From: a virus
IMG/VR virus record: IMGVR_UViG_3300009082_000016
Span: 1 to 64,000 of that record
Reading direction: 5' to 3' (one strand)
Length of the DNA stretch: 64,000 bases
The notes below the pieces were generated by a model. The model ran no database searches. It had not been told where the DNA came from and saw only the letters and a program-made list of their open reading frames with translations. Numbering within the stretch: position 1 is the first letter of the stretch; each line of letters opens with the position of its first letter. Below, piece after piece: positions 1 to 8,230 of this stretch. Position numbers and translations under genes: made by a program.

Positions 1-818
1 TCCTTCTCGAGGAGCATCTCGGCGAGGATGTCGGAGGCCTCCTTGCGCTTCTTGAGCGCGTGGGCCGCCGCGAGGGCGCCGCCGGCGCCGAGCGCCGCCA
101 CGCCGCCGCGCTTGCCCCACTTCGTCGCCTTCTGGTGCTTGGCCGCGAACTCGGCGCCGCGGACCTTGAGCGCCCGGCCGACGCCCTTGGCGGACTCCCA
201 GATCGGGCCGCCCGCCTGCTTCGCGAGCTCCGCGTACTTGTACTCCAGGAGCTCGGAGACCTTCTCCTCGACCTTCTCCGGGACGACCTCGGCCGCGGCG
301 GCCGCGATGTCCTCGGGCGCGGCGTCCGGCGGGGCGGCCTCGGCGGCCTCCTCGACGGCTTCCTGCGCCGCGTCCTCGACGATGGCCTGCGCCTCCTCCT
401 CGGTCACGTCGGGGGCCTCGGCGCCTTCGCCCGGCTCGCCGCTGCCCTCGCCGCCGACCACCTCGGGCGCCGCCACCGCTTCGCCGGCCGCCTGCTCCTG
501 GGCGAACTTCTCCCAGGCCTCGCGGTAGCCCTCGAACATCGCCTCGCCCGAGAGCTTCGCGAGCGCGAGCTTCTCGAGCATCTCGTCCGACGCGCCCTCG
601 GCCGCCGCCTTCTCGATCATCGAGTCGGCGGTGTCGACCCCGACCTGCGCCTCGGCCCACTTCTCGCGGTAGGCGACGTAGGAGGCATTGATGGCCTCGT
701 CGGCGACCTGGCTGAGGTCGATGCCCTCCGCCGACGCCTGCTTCACGAAGGCGTCGACGCAAGCGGCTTCGGCGTCCGCAGCCTGGTCCTGTCCCAGGAT
801 CTTGTCCAGGTGACTCAT
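1..818 (-). CDS. Acidic Ala/Glu-rich head-associated protein (scaffold-like), runs off the window edge
   Basis: Not in the ORF track. ATG at 818 with GGAG/GAGG SD, open to position 1: MSHLDKILGQDQAADAEAACVDAFVKQASAEG... Has several K-x-A motifs and a Gly-rich hydrophobic stretch; lies downstream of the prohead protease. Confidence 0.7.
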   Translation of the reverse strand, partial: MSHLDKILGQDQAADAEAACVDAFVKQASAEGIDLSQVADEAINASYVAYREKWAEAQVGVDTADSMIEKAAAEGASDEMLEKLALAKLSGEAMFEGYREAWEKFAQEQAAGEAVAAPEVVGGEGSGEPGEGAEAPDVTEEEAQAIVEDAAQEAVEEAAEAAPPDAAPEDIAAAAAEVVPEKVEEKVSELLEYKYAELAKQAGGPIWESAKGVGRALKVRGAEFAAKHQKATKWGKRGGVAALGAGGALAAAHALKKRKEASDILAEMLLEK

Positions 819-916
819 CCTCAACTCCGTTTAGGCGGTATGACCCGCCCGCATCTTTTGCTGGTCATCCCTTGCTCGGGGCCGAGAACCGACCCCTGGG
901 ACACCGGCAGGAAAAC

Positions 917-1138
917 CTAGCGGCCGTAGAGCGCGGCGATCTCGGCCTCGGCGCGGGCACGCCCCGCGCGTCGGGAGGCCGAGATGACGTCGGACGCCCT
1001 CTTGTAGAAGGCAGCCCGATCGACGCCCTGTTCCGAAGCGGTCTTCTGGATCGCCTCGTCCGTCGGGGTCTCATCGGCCTCGAGCGTCGCCAGCTTCTCC
1101 ATCAGTTCCATTTCGGCGAATCGGGCACGCGCGTCCAT
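917..1138 (-). CDS. Small head-cluster protein with K-x-A motifs
   Basis: MDARARFAEMELMEKLAT...QKTASE...YKRASD; GGAG SD upstream of ATG 1138. Confidence 0.7.
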   Translation of the reverse strand: MDARARFAEMELMEKLATLEADETPTDEAIQKTASEQGVDRAAFYKRASDVISASRRAGRARAEAEIAALYGR

Positions 1139-1157
1139 CTGCTCATCTCCTGCGTAC

Positions 1158-1187
1158 AAGGTACTGCCCTTCCTTCGATCCTGTCAA
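1158..1187 (-). promoter_or_regulatory. Sigma70-type promoter TTGACA-N18-TACCTT
   Basis: Perfect -35 and TAnnnT -10 upstream of 917..1138. Confidence 0.75.
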
Positions 1188-2686
1188 GCCCCGGTCCCAG
1201 GAGGAAGGAACGCCGATCCGAAGTAGCGCCGCGTGAACGGGCTGACCAACGGAGTGCGTCCCTGCCTTCCAACCGTGTGCCACAAGTCGCTGTTGTTCTC
1301 GAAGATGCGGTCCGGGCCGCCGTCGAGAACACCCATGATGCGGTCGCGATAGGCCTTGTACCGGTCGTCACCCGACGAGATCTCCTCCTGCGCGGACGTC
1401 TGCTGCAGGTTGGACAGGCGGTACTCGGCCACCGGGCCGAGCACACTGCGCCGGCGCATGACGGCGAGCAGGCGGGCGGCGATCTCCGGCGTGAACAAGC
1501 GGTCGTCGACCACCGGCGCGTCGCGGCCGGCGGAGACGATCTCGTACTCCTTCGGCTTGAGCACGATGCCCAACCCGGAGAGCGTGGAGATCACGCGGTC
1601 GAAGTTCGGGTGCTCCTTCAGGTAGCGGAGGATGGGTTCCGGCATCTCGGGATCGTTCGCCGCGAGGATACTCACTGACTTCTCGTCAAACGGCGGCGTC
1701 GTCTCCTTGTCGATGTCGCCTTCCTTCCGCACGGTCGCGTTCTTCAGGGAGGCGGCCTTCGTCATCTGGAACGCCCGGTCGATGCCGTAGCCGACCGGAT
1801 CGATGCGCTGCCGGATGGACATGCGGGAGGGATCAACTGCTGCCAGCTTCTTGATCAGCTTCGCCACCTTGTCCGCTCCGATCACGACAATCGAGATGTC
1901 AAAGTACTTCGGGAAGTCGTTGCGGACACCAACCTGGGTGCCATCCGCCCGGATCTTCCCCATCTCCGTCTTGCACTCGGGGACGTAGTCGTCCCGGGTG
2001 ATCGACAGGCCGCGGATGCCGACCCCGTCCACCGCCTTGAGGCGGCGGTGCTCGGCGAGGATGGCGTCGGCCGGGCTGCGGTGAACACCGGGCTGGTAGT
2101 CCTTCCACGCCCGGCGATAGGTCGCCATATCGCCGGTGGTCGCCATGTCGAACGGAACCTTCGCGCCCATGCTGACGTCGAAGGGAGCGCCGCGCTGGAT
2201 GCGATCCAGGACCCACTTCACCTTGCTCTGCGCCGTGCGGGCGATGTCCAGGCGGATGATCAGCTCGACCCAGAACTGGTGCGGGTTCCAGGCGACCAGC
2301 TCGACGCGGCCGATGGCCTCGGCGGGGTTCTTGTTGACATGGTGCGGGAAGGCATGGGCGCCGTAGAACGTGGCGGTGCCGTAGTGGCACTCCTTCGCCA
2401 GCTCGCGGTCGACCGCCGGCTCCCCGGTCCATCCGGGCGGCAGGTGCGACAGGGCATCGAGCGACCAGTGGTCGCCGTTCCGGTTCTGGCCGTAGAACTC
2501 GCTGGCCGTGAGCGCGATGACATGCAGCCAGTGGGCCCCGTCCTCCCGCGCCAGGTTGGCGGCGAAGTTCTCGACCTCGGGCAGGACGCAGGCCAACTTC
2601 GTCAGGTTGCGCCCACGCGGCTCGAGCACCGTGATCCGCTGACCGCGGTCGTCGACGAACGGAACGTGGGCCCGCTTCTCGATCAT
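1184..2686 (-). CDS. Putative prohead maturation protease (HK97/assemblin-like serine protease)
   Basis: NRNGD, FPHHVNK (His), VELIIRLD and FDVSMG (Ser) motifs, late DISIV..GAD; ATG 2686 overlaps the upstream stop (ATGA). Confidence 0.7.
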   Translation of the reverse strand: MIEKRAHVPFVDDRGQRITVLEPRGRNLTKLACVLPEVENFAANLAREDGAHWLHVIALTASEFYGQNRNGDHWSLDALSHLPPGWTGEPAVDRELAKECHYGTATFYGAHAFPHHVNKNPAEAIGRVELVAWNPHQFWVELIIRLDIARTAQSKVKWVLDRIQRGAPFDVSMGAKVPFDMATTGDMATYRRAWKDYQPGVHRSPADAILAEHRRLKAVDGVGIRGLSITRDDYVPECKTEMGKIRADGTQVGVRNDFPKYFDISIVVIGADKVAKLIKKLAAVDPSRMSIRQRIDPVGYGIDRAFQMTKAASLKNATVRKEGDIDKETTPPFDEKSVSILAANDPEMPEPILRYLKEHPNFDRVISTLSGLGIVLKPKEYEIVSAGRDAPVVDDRLFTPEIAARLLAVMRRRSVLGPVAEYRLSNLQQTSAQEEISSGDDRYKAYRDRIMGVLDGGPDRIFENNSDLWHTVGRQGRTPLVSPFTRRYFGSAFLPPGTGA

Positions 2687-3498
2687 GGAACGGCCGAGAT
2701 GAGCCTCGGAAGGGCCCCGATGAGTCCGAGTTCGCGGCGCACGTCCTTCTCCACGCCGACGACGTCCTTGAGCGCCGTGGCATTGACCGTCGGGTACTCC
2801 GTCCACTGCCGAACGATCGAGCCGGCCACCAACGGGTCGGACGCCAGATTCGGCGCCACGCTCTGCAGCGTGCGGAACCGGGTCTTCACGATCTTCGGGT
2901 CCTCGTGATGCAGCGCGGGCGTCTCCCGCATCATCTGCGCGAAGTTGTTCCGTGCCTGGGACTTCTCCCGGATCTTCCGGATCAGGTGGAAGCCGCCATA
3001 CAGGCCAGCCGCGGCCGCGCCACCGAGTGCCAGCCGGGTGCCGAAGCCCGCCTTCTCGGCGATCCCCTTCGCGGCTCCACCTCCGCCACGCTCCAGCCGG
3101 CGCATCTTGTCGCGCATGAAGTCGATCATCTTGGACTGCTGCTCCACTTTCCCCGTGGCCCGCTGGGCGCGGTTCTGGAGAAGCTGGAACATGCGTTCGG
3201 GCGAAGGCGCAGGCGGGCGAACATGGGTGCGCGTGACCTTGGGCCGCGGCATCACCCCCTTCGGAAGCCCGGTCTCGATCCCCGGGAGGCCCATCTGCAC
3301 GCCCTTCGGGGCCTCGAACTTGAAGCCCTGCCGGGCCGCGACCTCGGGGGCCTTGGTCATCTTGAACTTGGCCCCCGGAGGGACCATCGATCGGTCGACA
3401 ACCATCTTGACCGCGTTGCCCTTGCGGTCGGGCATCGTGATCATGACCTTGTCGGCCTGCTTCACCATTCCGCCGCGAAGGATGTCGAGCCAGTCCAT
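2683..3498 (-). CDS. Hypothetical virion/internal protein (K-x-A leader, Gly-rich hydrophobic helix, Cys-free)
   Basis: MDWLDILRGGMVKQADK; LALGGAAAAGLYGGFHLI; coupled within the operon. Confidence 0.75.
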   Translation of the reverse strand: MDWLDILRGGMVKQADKVMITMPDRKGNAVKMVVDRSMVPPGAKFKMTKAPEVAARQGFKFEAPKGVQMGLPGIETGLPKGVMPRPKVTRTHVRPPAPSPERMFQLLQNRAQRATGKVEQQSKMIDFMRDKMRRLERGGGGAAKGIAEKAGFGTRLALGGAAAAGLYGGFHLIRKIREKSQARNNFAQMMRETPALHHEDPKIVKTRFRTLQSVAPNLASDPLVAGSIVRQWTEYPTVNATALKDVVGVEKDVRRELGLIGALPRLISAVP

Positions 3499-3499
3499 G

Positions 3500-4399
3500 T
3501 CAGCCCCTCACCGCCCGCGAGACCTCGGCGAACTGGGAGGACAGCTCGCCGTGGATGCGGGTCTTGTCGACGAGCGCCGACGCGGCCTTCGCCAGCCGTT
3601 CGGTCTGGACGCGAAGCGGGTGGCCCGGCGTGACCTCGCGGCCCCACGGGATCGACTCGGGGTCGACCGCGGCACCGATCTTGCCGAGCGTCTCCTGCAC
3701 GACCTCGACGGTGGCCTCGTCCGGCTGGTTGCCCAGCATCGCGCGGGCAACCTCAGCAGCCGATGCGCCTTCCTTGATCGCCTGCTCGGCCGTTTTCACC
3801 AGCTCCCGCGCCCCCGTCTCCAGCTGGTAGCGCAGCGACGCCATGTCCGCGCCGGTCTTGTCCATCGCCCCCTTCACCATGTGGTACAGGCGGGCGTGGC
3901 CACCGGGGCTGCGCGAGCCCTGGGCCATCATCTGGGCGACCTTCTGAAGGCCCATCTTGTCGGGGAGGACGTCCTCCTCCGTAAGGGCCGCCTGCTTCAC
4001 GGCGCCGGGACGATCCTTGATGGGAGCGGTGAAGTAGTCGAGCGACGCCATGTCCTTCCTCCTGTCCGCGCCAGTCTTCATGGAGTCCGGGGACCCGAAC
4101 ACGGCCCCCAGGATGTCAAACACCCGCGCCGGGCCGCCCTCGAAGTGGACGTGCCTTTCAGGCCCCGGGCACTTGTCGTAGAGCTTGAGGTACGCCTGGG
4201 TGTTGGTCTGCTCGATCACGCGGGCGACGTGCGCCGGGTTGAGCAACTTGCCCTTGATGACCTCGAAAACGGACGACGTGAGGTCGGTTCCACCGTCGAC
4301 GTGCAAGGCCGACGCCCTGTCCGCCATTTCTGCGAGCATCTCGGGCGGTACGCGATGACCGCGATCTTCCGCCAGCAGACCGAGGTACCAGTCCATCAT
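3500..4399 (-). CDS. Hypothetical head-cluster protein with multiple K-x-A motifs
   Basis: GGAGG SD; VKQAAL, QKVAQM, VKTAEQ. Confidence 0.75.
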   Translation of the reverse strand: MMDWYLGLLAEDRGHRVPPEMLAEMADRASALHVDGGTDLTSSVFEVIKGKLLNPAHVARVIEQTNTQAYLKLYDKCPGPERHVHFEGGPARVFDILGAVFGSPDSMKTGADRRKDMASLDYFTAPIKDRPGAVKQAALTEEDVLPDKMGLQKVAQMMAQGSRSPGGHARLYHMVKGAMDKTGADMASLRYQLETGARELVKTAEQAIKEGASAAEVARAMLGNQPDEATVEVVQETLGKIGAAVDPESIPWGREVTPGHPLRVQTERLAKAASALVDKTRIHGELSSQFAEVSRAVRG

Positions 4400-4408
4400 C
4401 GCCTCCCG

Positions 4409-4460
4409 AGGTTAGCAGAAACGGCGGAAGGTGGGAAGCGCACAGGGATTATGGTAGGGT
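4409..4460. promoter_or_regulatory. Back-to-back divergent extended -10 promoters
   Basis: Minus: TTCCCA-N17-TAACCT with TGn extension. Plus: TGn-TAGGGT, 8 nt before ATG 4469. Both -10 boxes lie 17 nt from the same hexamer at 4432-4437. Confidence 0.55.
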
Positions 4461-4468
4461 TCTACTCG

Positions 4469-5335
4469 ATGACGAACAACTTCCTGAAGCTCGAAGAAGT
4501 TGCCGATCACCTGGGGATGCCGGTCGACAAGGTGAAGGCGCTCGTCCAGACCCACCTCGTCCGGGTCTCCCGGGGCCTGGTGTCATTGGACGACGTGGCC
4601 ACCGTGCGGGAGGCCGAAAAAAGTCTGGGGGACCTCGGGTCGCTGGTCACCGAGGTCGCCGCCCTGAAGGCGGAGGTCCTGCGCCAGCGGCACATCATCC
4701 AGTTCGTGCTCCACGTCGCCGGGCTGCAGCAGCACCTCATCGAGGTCACGGACCCGCAGCTGATGCAGCTGCTAGAGATTGCCCGCATGGGCAGGGAAGC
4801 GATCACCCCCATCTCTGCTCGCACGATCGTCGGTCGCATCCAGCACATTGTCGAACTTTGCTTCTGCCTCACGGAGCGGGAGTTCCGGCGGATGGAGCGG
4901 CTGACCAAGGAGCCGCAGTGCTGGAAGGCCCTCATCTTCCTGGTCGAGAACATCGACGACGCGCTCGACAAGCGACCTGACTTGAAGCGACGTCCGGAGG
5001 TCCAGAAGGCCCGCTCCGAGCTGAACCTGGCCCGTCTGCATCTCGTCAACCTGGGGAAGTTCACGCTGGCGCTCAACGACCCGTTCTGCAACCCGAAGGA
5101 GCTGCTCGGCGAGATCTGCTTCCGGGCGGCGAAACTGGACTTGCTCACGCCGGCGTCGCGGGGATTCGACCCTGGGCAGGCGATCAGCGCGTTCGCAGAC
5201 GAGATCCGTCCGTCCACTCCGCCGGACGCGGAACCGACACGAAGATGTCCGGACGGGGGAACATCAAGCTCGCCGCCAGCAGGCAGTACAGACACGCATG
5301 GAGCGAGTCGTCCGGCTTCTCCGGATGGTGCATGA
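4469..5335 (+). CDS. N-terminal helix-turn-helix (excisionase/MerR-like) DNA-binding protein
   Basis: MTNNFLKLEEVADHLGMPVDKVKALV followed by a coiled coil; real start is inside ORF-track entry 2945..5335. Confidence 0.65.
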   Translation: MTNNFLKLEEVADHLGMPVDKVKALVQTHLVRVSRGLVSLDDVATVREAEKSLGDLGSLVTEVAALKAEVLRQRHIIQFVLHVAGLQQHLIEVTDPQLMQLLEIARMGREAITPISARTIVGRIQHIVELCFCLTEREFRRMERLTKEPQCWKALIFLVENIDDALDKRPDLKRRPEVQKARSELNLARLHLVNLGKFTLALNDPFCNPKELLGEICFRAAKLDLLTPASRGFDPGQAISAFADEIRPSTPPDAEPTRRCPDGGTSSSPPAGSTDTHGASRPASPDGA

Positions 5336-6869
5336 ACACCGTCTTCTGCCTCGCCGCGTTGAACTCCGTCGTGACATTGAGGAAGTCCTTGGCGTAGGGC
5401 TCGAACACGGGCCACGCCGGGAACTCGATGCGCCCCTGCTTGACGGCGTTGACGAACGCGGCCATCAGCTCGTCGCGCACGCCGATCCAAGACACCTTGA
5501 GCGGGTTCCAGTAGATGCGCCGTTTGGCCTCGGCCACGTAGCGCAGCTTGTGGTGCCGCTTCACGCCGAACGCCTCCTGGAGGATGTGGTTCTGGTGGAA
5601 GCCGATGCCGTAGTCGCCGAACGACACCTTCACGTTGAACATCCGGAACAGCTCGACCAGCAGCTTCGCCTGGGCCTCCGGCGACGACTCCATCCCCGTG
5701 AAGCGGTGAAGGTAGAAGATCTTGAACTTGTCGGGGCGGAGATAGGCGCCGAGAGCGACGACGGTCCACGAATGTTCCGCGGTCCCGTAGTCGGTCCCCA
5801 TGAAGATCTCGCGCTGGCCGGACCAGGCGATCGCCTCCCGCATCTGGTCCCTCGAGATGGTCCACTCCGGGTCGCAGCAGCGCACCAGCTCGGACTTCGT
5901 GAGCGGCCGGATGCCCGCCTCCCACGGGAGCGCCATGACCTCGTTGAAAAACTGCGGCCGGGGGTAGTTGGTGTACTTGTACAGGACCTTCTCGGTCCAC
6001 TGGTGGTCGGCGACCGACGGCGTCAGCATCTGCGGCAGCCGGTAACCGCGGAACTGCGCGTTCGACTGGCCGTCGACCCAGCCCCGCATCGGGTCGAAGC
6101 GGTCGATGATCTGGCCGCACTTGTCGCAGATGAGCCCCTTCTTCCCGAGGTGCTTCTCGCCGATGATGTTCCAGTGCCAGGTTGCGGGCTTGTTGCTCTC
6201 GCCGTGGCGCCGGCACGGGATAGCGAGCTCCGCCTGGCTCGAGATGTCCCAGTAGTACGTCAGCGTGTTGTCGAGCGACTTCGGCGTGCCGCTGTACGCC
6301 CGCCAGCCCGAGTAGGCCGGCAGGTCGGAGTGGGACAGCGTCTCCTCGAGGACCGGGACGTTCTCGATGAAGATGTCCTGCAGCTCGTCGACAGCGAGAT
6401 AGTCCGCCGGGACGCCGCGGACGCGGTCGGCCGAGCGGTTGGCGTACCGGAGCTCGATTGACGACTGGTTCCGCAGGACCTTCTGGTGGACGTTGTCCGG
6501 CAGCATCGGTTCCATCTCGGCCCGCAGGGAGGCTGAGTAGGCGAGCGGCTGCGCGATGCGGTCCTGGCTGAACTTCCGGGTCTGCGTCTGCGAGGGGCTG
6601 ACGTACAGCTCCTTGTAGTGCGGGATCATGCACGCCAGGGCCAGCATCTTGTTGCCCTGCGTTGTAGACTTCTCGCTCTGCCGGCCGATCATGATGACGA
6701 CCCGCGGGTCCGGCCGGTCCAGGATGGGGATGAGGTACTCGCGCTGTCTGAACGAGAACGGCAGGAGCTTCCCGCGAACCGGGATCTGGATGCGCCTCCG
6801 GATCCAGGTCGACACCCTCCACGGCAGCTTCGGCAGCGGAGGGGCCTCAGCCGGCTCGACGACCTTCAC
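5184..6869 (-). CDS. Terminase large subunit (lambda GpA-like)
   Basis: GRQSEKST Walker A variant, LAVDELQD Walker B, YSGTPK motif III, MGTDYG nuclease motif, KPDDSLHA; GTG start overlaps the upstream TGA. Confidence 0.9.
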   Translation of the reverse strand: MKVVEPAEAPPLPKLPWRVSTWIRRRIQIPVRGKLLPFSFRQREYLIPILDRPDPRVVIMIGRQSEKSTTQGNKMLALACMIPHYKELYVSPSQTQTRKFSQDRIAQPLAYSASLRAEMEPMLPDNVHQKVLRNQSSIELRYANRSADRVRGVPADYLAVDELQDIFIENVPVLEETLSHSDLPAYSGWRAYSGTPKSLDNTLTYYWDISSQAELAIPCRRHGESNKPATWHWNIIGEKHLGKKGLICDKCGQIIDRFDPMRGWVDGQSNAQFRGYRLPQMLTPSVADHQWTEKVLYKYTNYPRPQFFNEVMALPWEAGIRPLTKSELVRCCDPEWTISRDQMREAIAWSGQREIFMGTDYGTAEHSWTVVALGAYLRPDKFKIFYLHRFTGMESSPEAQAKLLVELFRMFNVKVSFGDYGIGFHQNHILQEAFGVKRHHKLRYVAEAKRRIYWNPLKVSWIGVRDELMAAFVNAVKQGRIEFPAWPVFEPYAKDFLNVTTEFNAARQKTVFMHHPEKPDDSLHACLYCLLAASLMFPRPDIFVSVPRPAEWTDGSRLRTR

Positions 6870-7309
6870 TTCAGCAGCTGGTCCAGCACCTTCTGCGCCG
6901 CCAGCTTCCGATCGAGCGGGGCGTTGGTCGGCGTGAAGAACCACGAGTCCCGCTCGGGCACCCACTCGAGCGTGCCGTCACGGAAGATCTCGCCGAGCGT
7001 GTCCTTCAGCCACGTCTGGATCTGCCGGCCCCAGGGGCCGTTGTAGAGCGGCCGGTTCACGAGCAGATGGGGCTGCGGGTTGTTCCGCAGGTCCTTGTTG
7101 GCCCCGCACTTCGGGCAGGAGTTGGCCAACGGGTCCTTCTGGACGTGCTTGCACCGCTTGCAGAGCACCTCGCTGTCCCGGTGCAGCTGGAAGATGACCT
7201 TCCCGTCCCGGTCGGTCACGTCCAGCCGGACCAGCCCCTTGCGGATCGCCTCGAACTCGATCCGCTCCACCTTGTCGACCGCGGCCCCGAACGCCTTCAT
7301 CTCGATCAT
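6866..7309 (-). CDS. Zn-ribbon protein
   Basis: CKRC...CPKC; overlaps both neighbours. Confidence 0.7.
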   Translation of the reverse strand: MIEMKAFGAAVDKVERIEFEAIRKGLVRLDVTDRDGKVIFQLHRDSEVLCKRCKHVQKDPLANSCPKCGANKDLRNNPQPHLLVNRPLYNGPWGRQIQTWLKDTLGEIFRDGTLEWVPERDSWFFTPTNAPLDRKLAAQKVLDQLLK

Positions 7310-8193
7310 GTTGAACCTCCCGTACCCTGCCCTCTATCGGGTTCTTCCTCCAGATTCAACAGGGCGACGGGCATCGGGACCGTACCCTCTCCCAACTGCT
7401 TGAGATCAGGGATGGGAATGTCGAGCGTCTTCGGGTCGTACTTGTCGATGTTGTCGACATCCTCACCGCGCTCGATCTTGATCTCACGGATGGCCCTGCC
7501 GGCGTCGATGACACCCTTCAGTCCAAGGCTGAGCGCGGTGGAGCGGGCCAGCCCCGGTTTCATCGTCTTGGTGGCGGCGATGCTATCGAGGTAGGTCAGC
7601 ACACGGTACGACTCGAGCATGGCGACCTCATCGACCACCTGCGGCGCCACACCGATCTGGCTGAGCGAATGCAGCATGTGCTCAGGGGTCGTCCGGGCGT
7701 CGATGACATCGTACAGCAGCGGGTCCTTGAGGTACGTGGAGACGTACGCCTGCAGCTCCTGCACGTTGAGCAGGCTGACGTTCCAGAAGAAGTGCTTGAA
7801 CTCGGCCAGCCCGTAGTCCGACAGCGGAAGTGCTGCCCTGCGGATGAACACCTCGAAGATGGTCTGATCGGAGTTCGGACTGGCCACCAGGGTCTGAAGC
7901 AACGACCGCGCCCGCTTGTCCCGGAAGATGTTGACCGCTTCCTTGGTCCCGCGGTGCGAGTGCCACATCGTCCAGATCTGGTACTTCCGCAGAAAGGCCT
8001 GACTCACGAAGTCGAGCAGGTTCTCGGGGTGGAACGACTGCGGGATCTGCATCTCGTTCCGCAACTTGGCGACGTAGTCCTTGTGCGGGGAGAACACCAG
8101 CTCCTGCTTCAAGTCCGCTTCGATTTCCTCGGTGGGGCGTTTCGGTTCCTTCACGAGGCGGTAGCGGATGTAGTATTCAGCCGGCGAGCGCAT
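7306..8193 (-). CDS. Hypothetical protein, candidate terminase small subunit (by position only)
   Basis: First gene of the terminase transcription unit; probable leaderless start. Confidence 0.55.
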   Translation of the reverse strand: MRSPAEYYIRYRLVKEPKRPTEEIEADLKQELVFSPHKDYVAKLRNEMQIPQSFHPENLLDFVSQAFLRKYQIWTMWHSHRGTKEAVNIFRDKRARSLLQTLVASPNSDQTIFEVFIRRAALPLSDYGLAEFKHFFWNVSLLNVQELQAYVSTYLKDPLLYDVIDARTTPEHMLHSLSQIGVAPQVVDEVAMLESYRVLTYLDSIAATKTMKPGLARSTALSLGLKGVIDAGRAIREIKIERGEDVDNIDKYDPKTLDIPIPDLKQLGEGTVPMPVALLNLEEEPDRGQGTGGST

Positions 8194-8201
8194 CGGTGAC
8201 T

Positions 8202-8230
8202 AGAATGCTCCCGAACTTCGGGAGAATCAA
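8202..8230 (-). promoter_or_regulatory. Promoter TTGATT-N17-CATTCT with a perfectly palindromic spacer
   Basis: Spacer CTCCCGAA-G-TTCGGGAG; ATG 8 nt after the -10. Confidence 0.55.

Noticed and set aside
2945-4468. 5' part of the 796-aa plus-strand ORF
   Set aside because: Antisense to two real genes; the credible start is ATG 4469 after a -10 element
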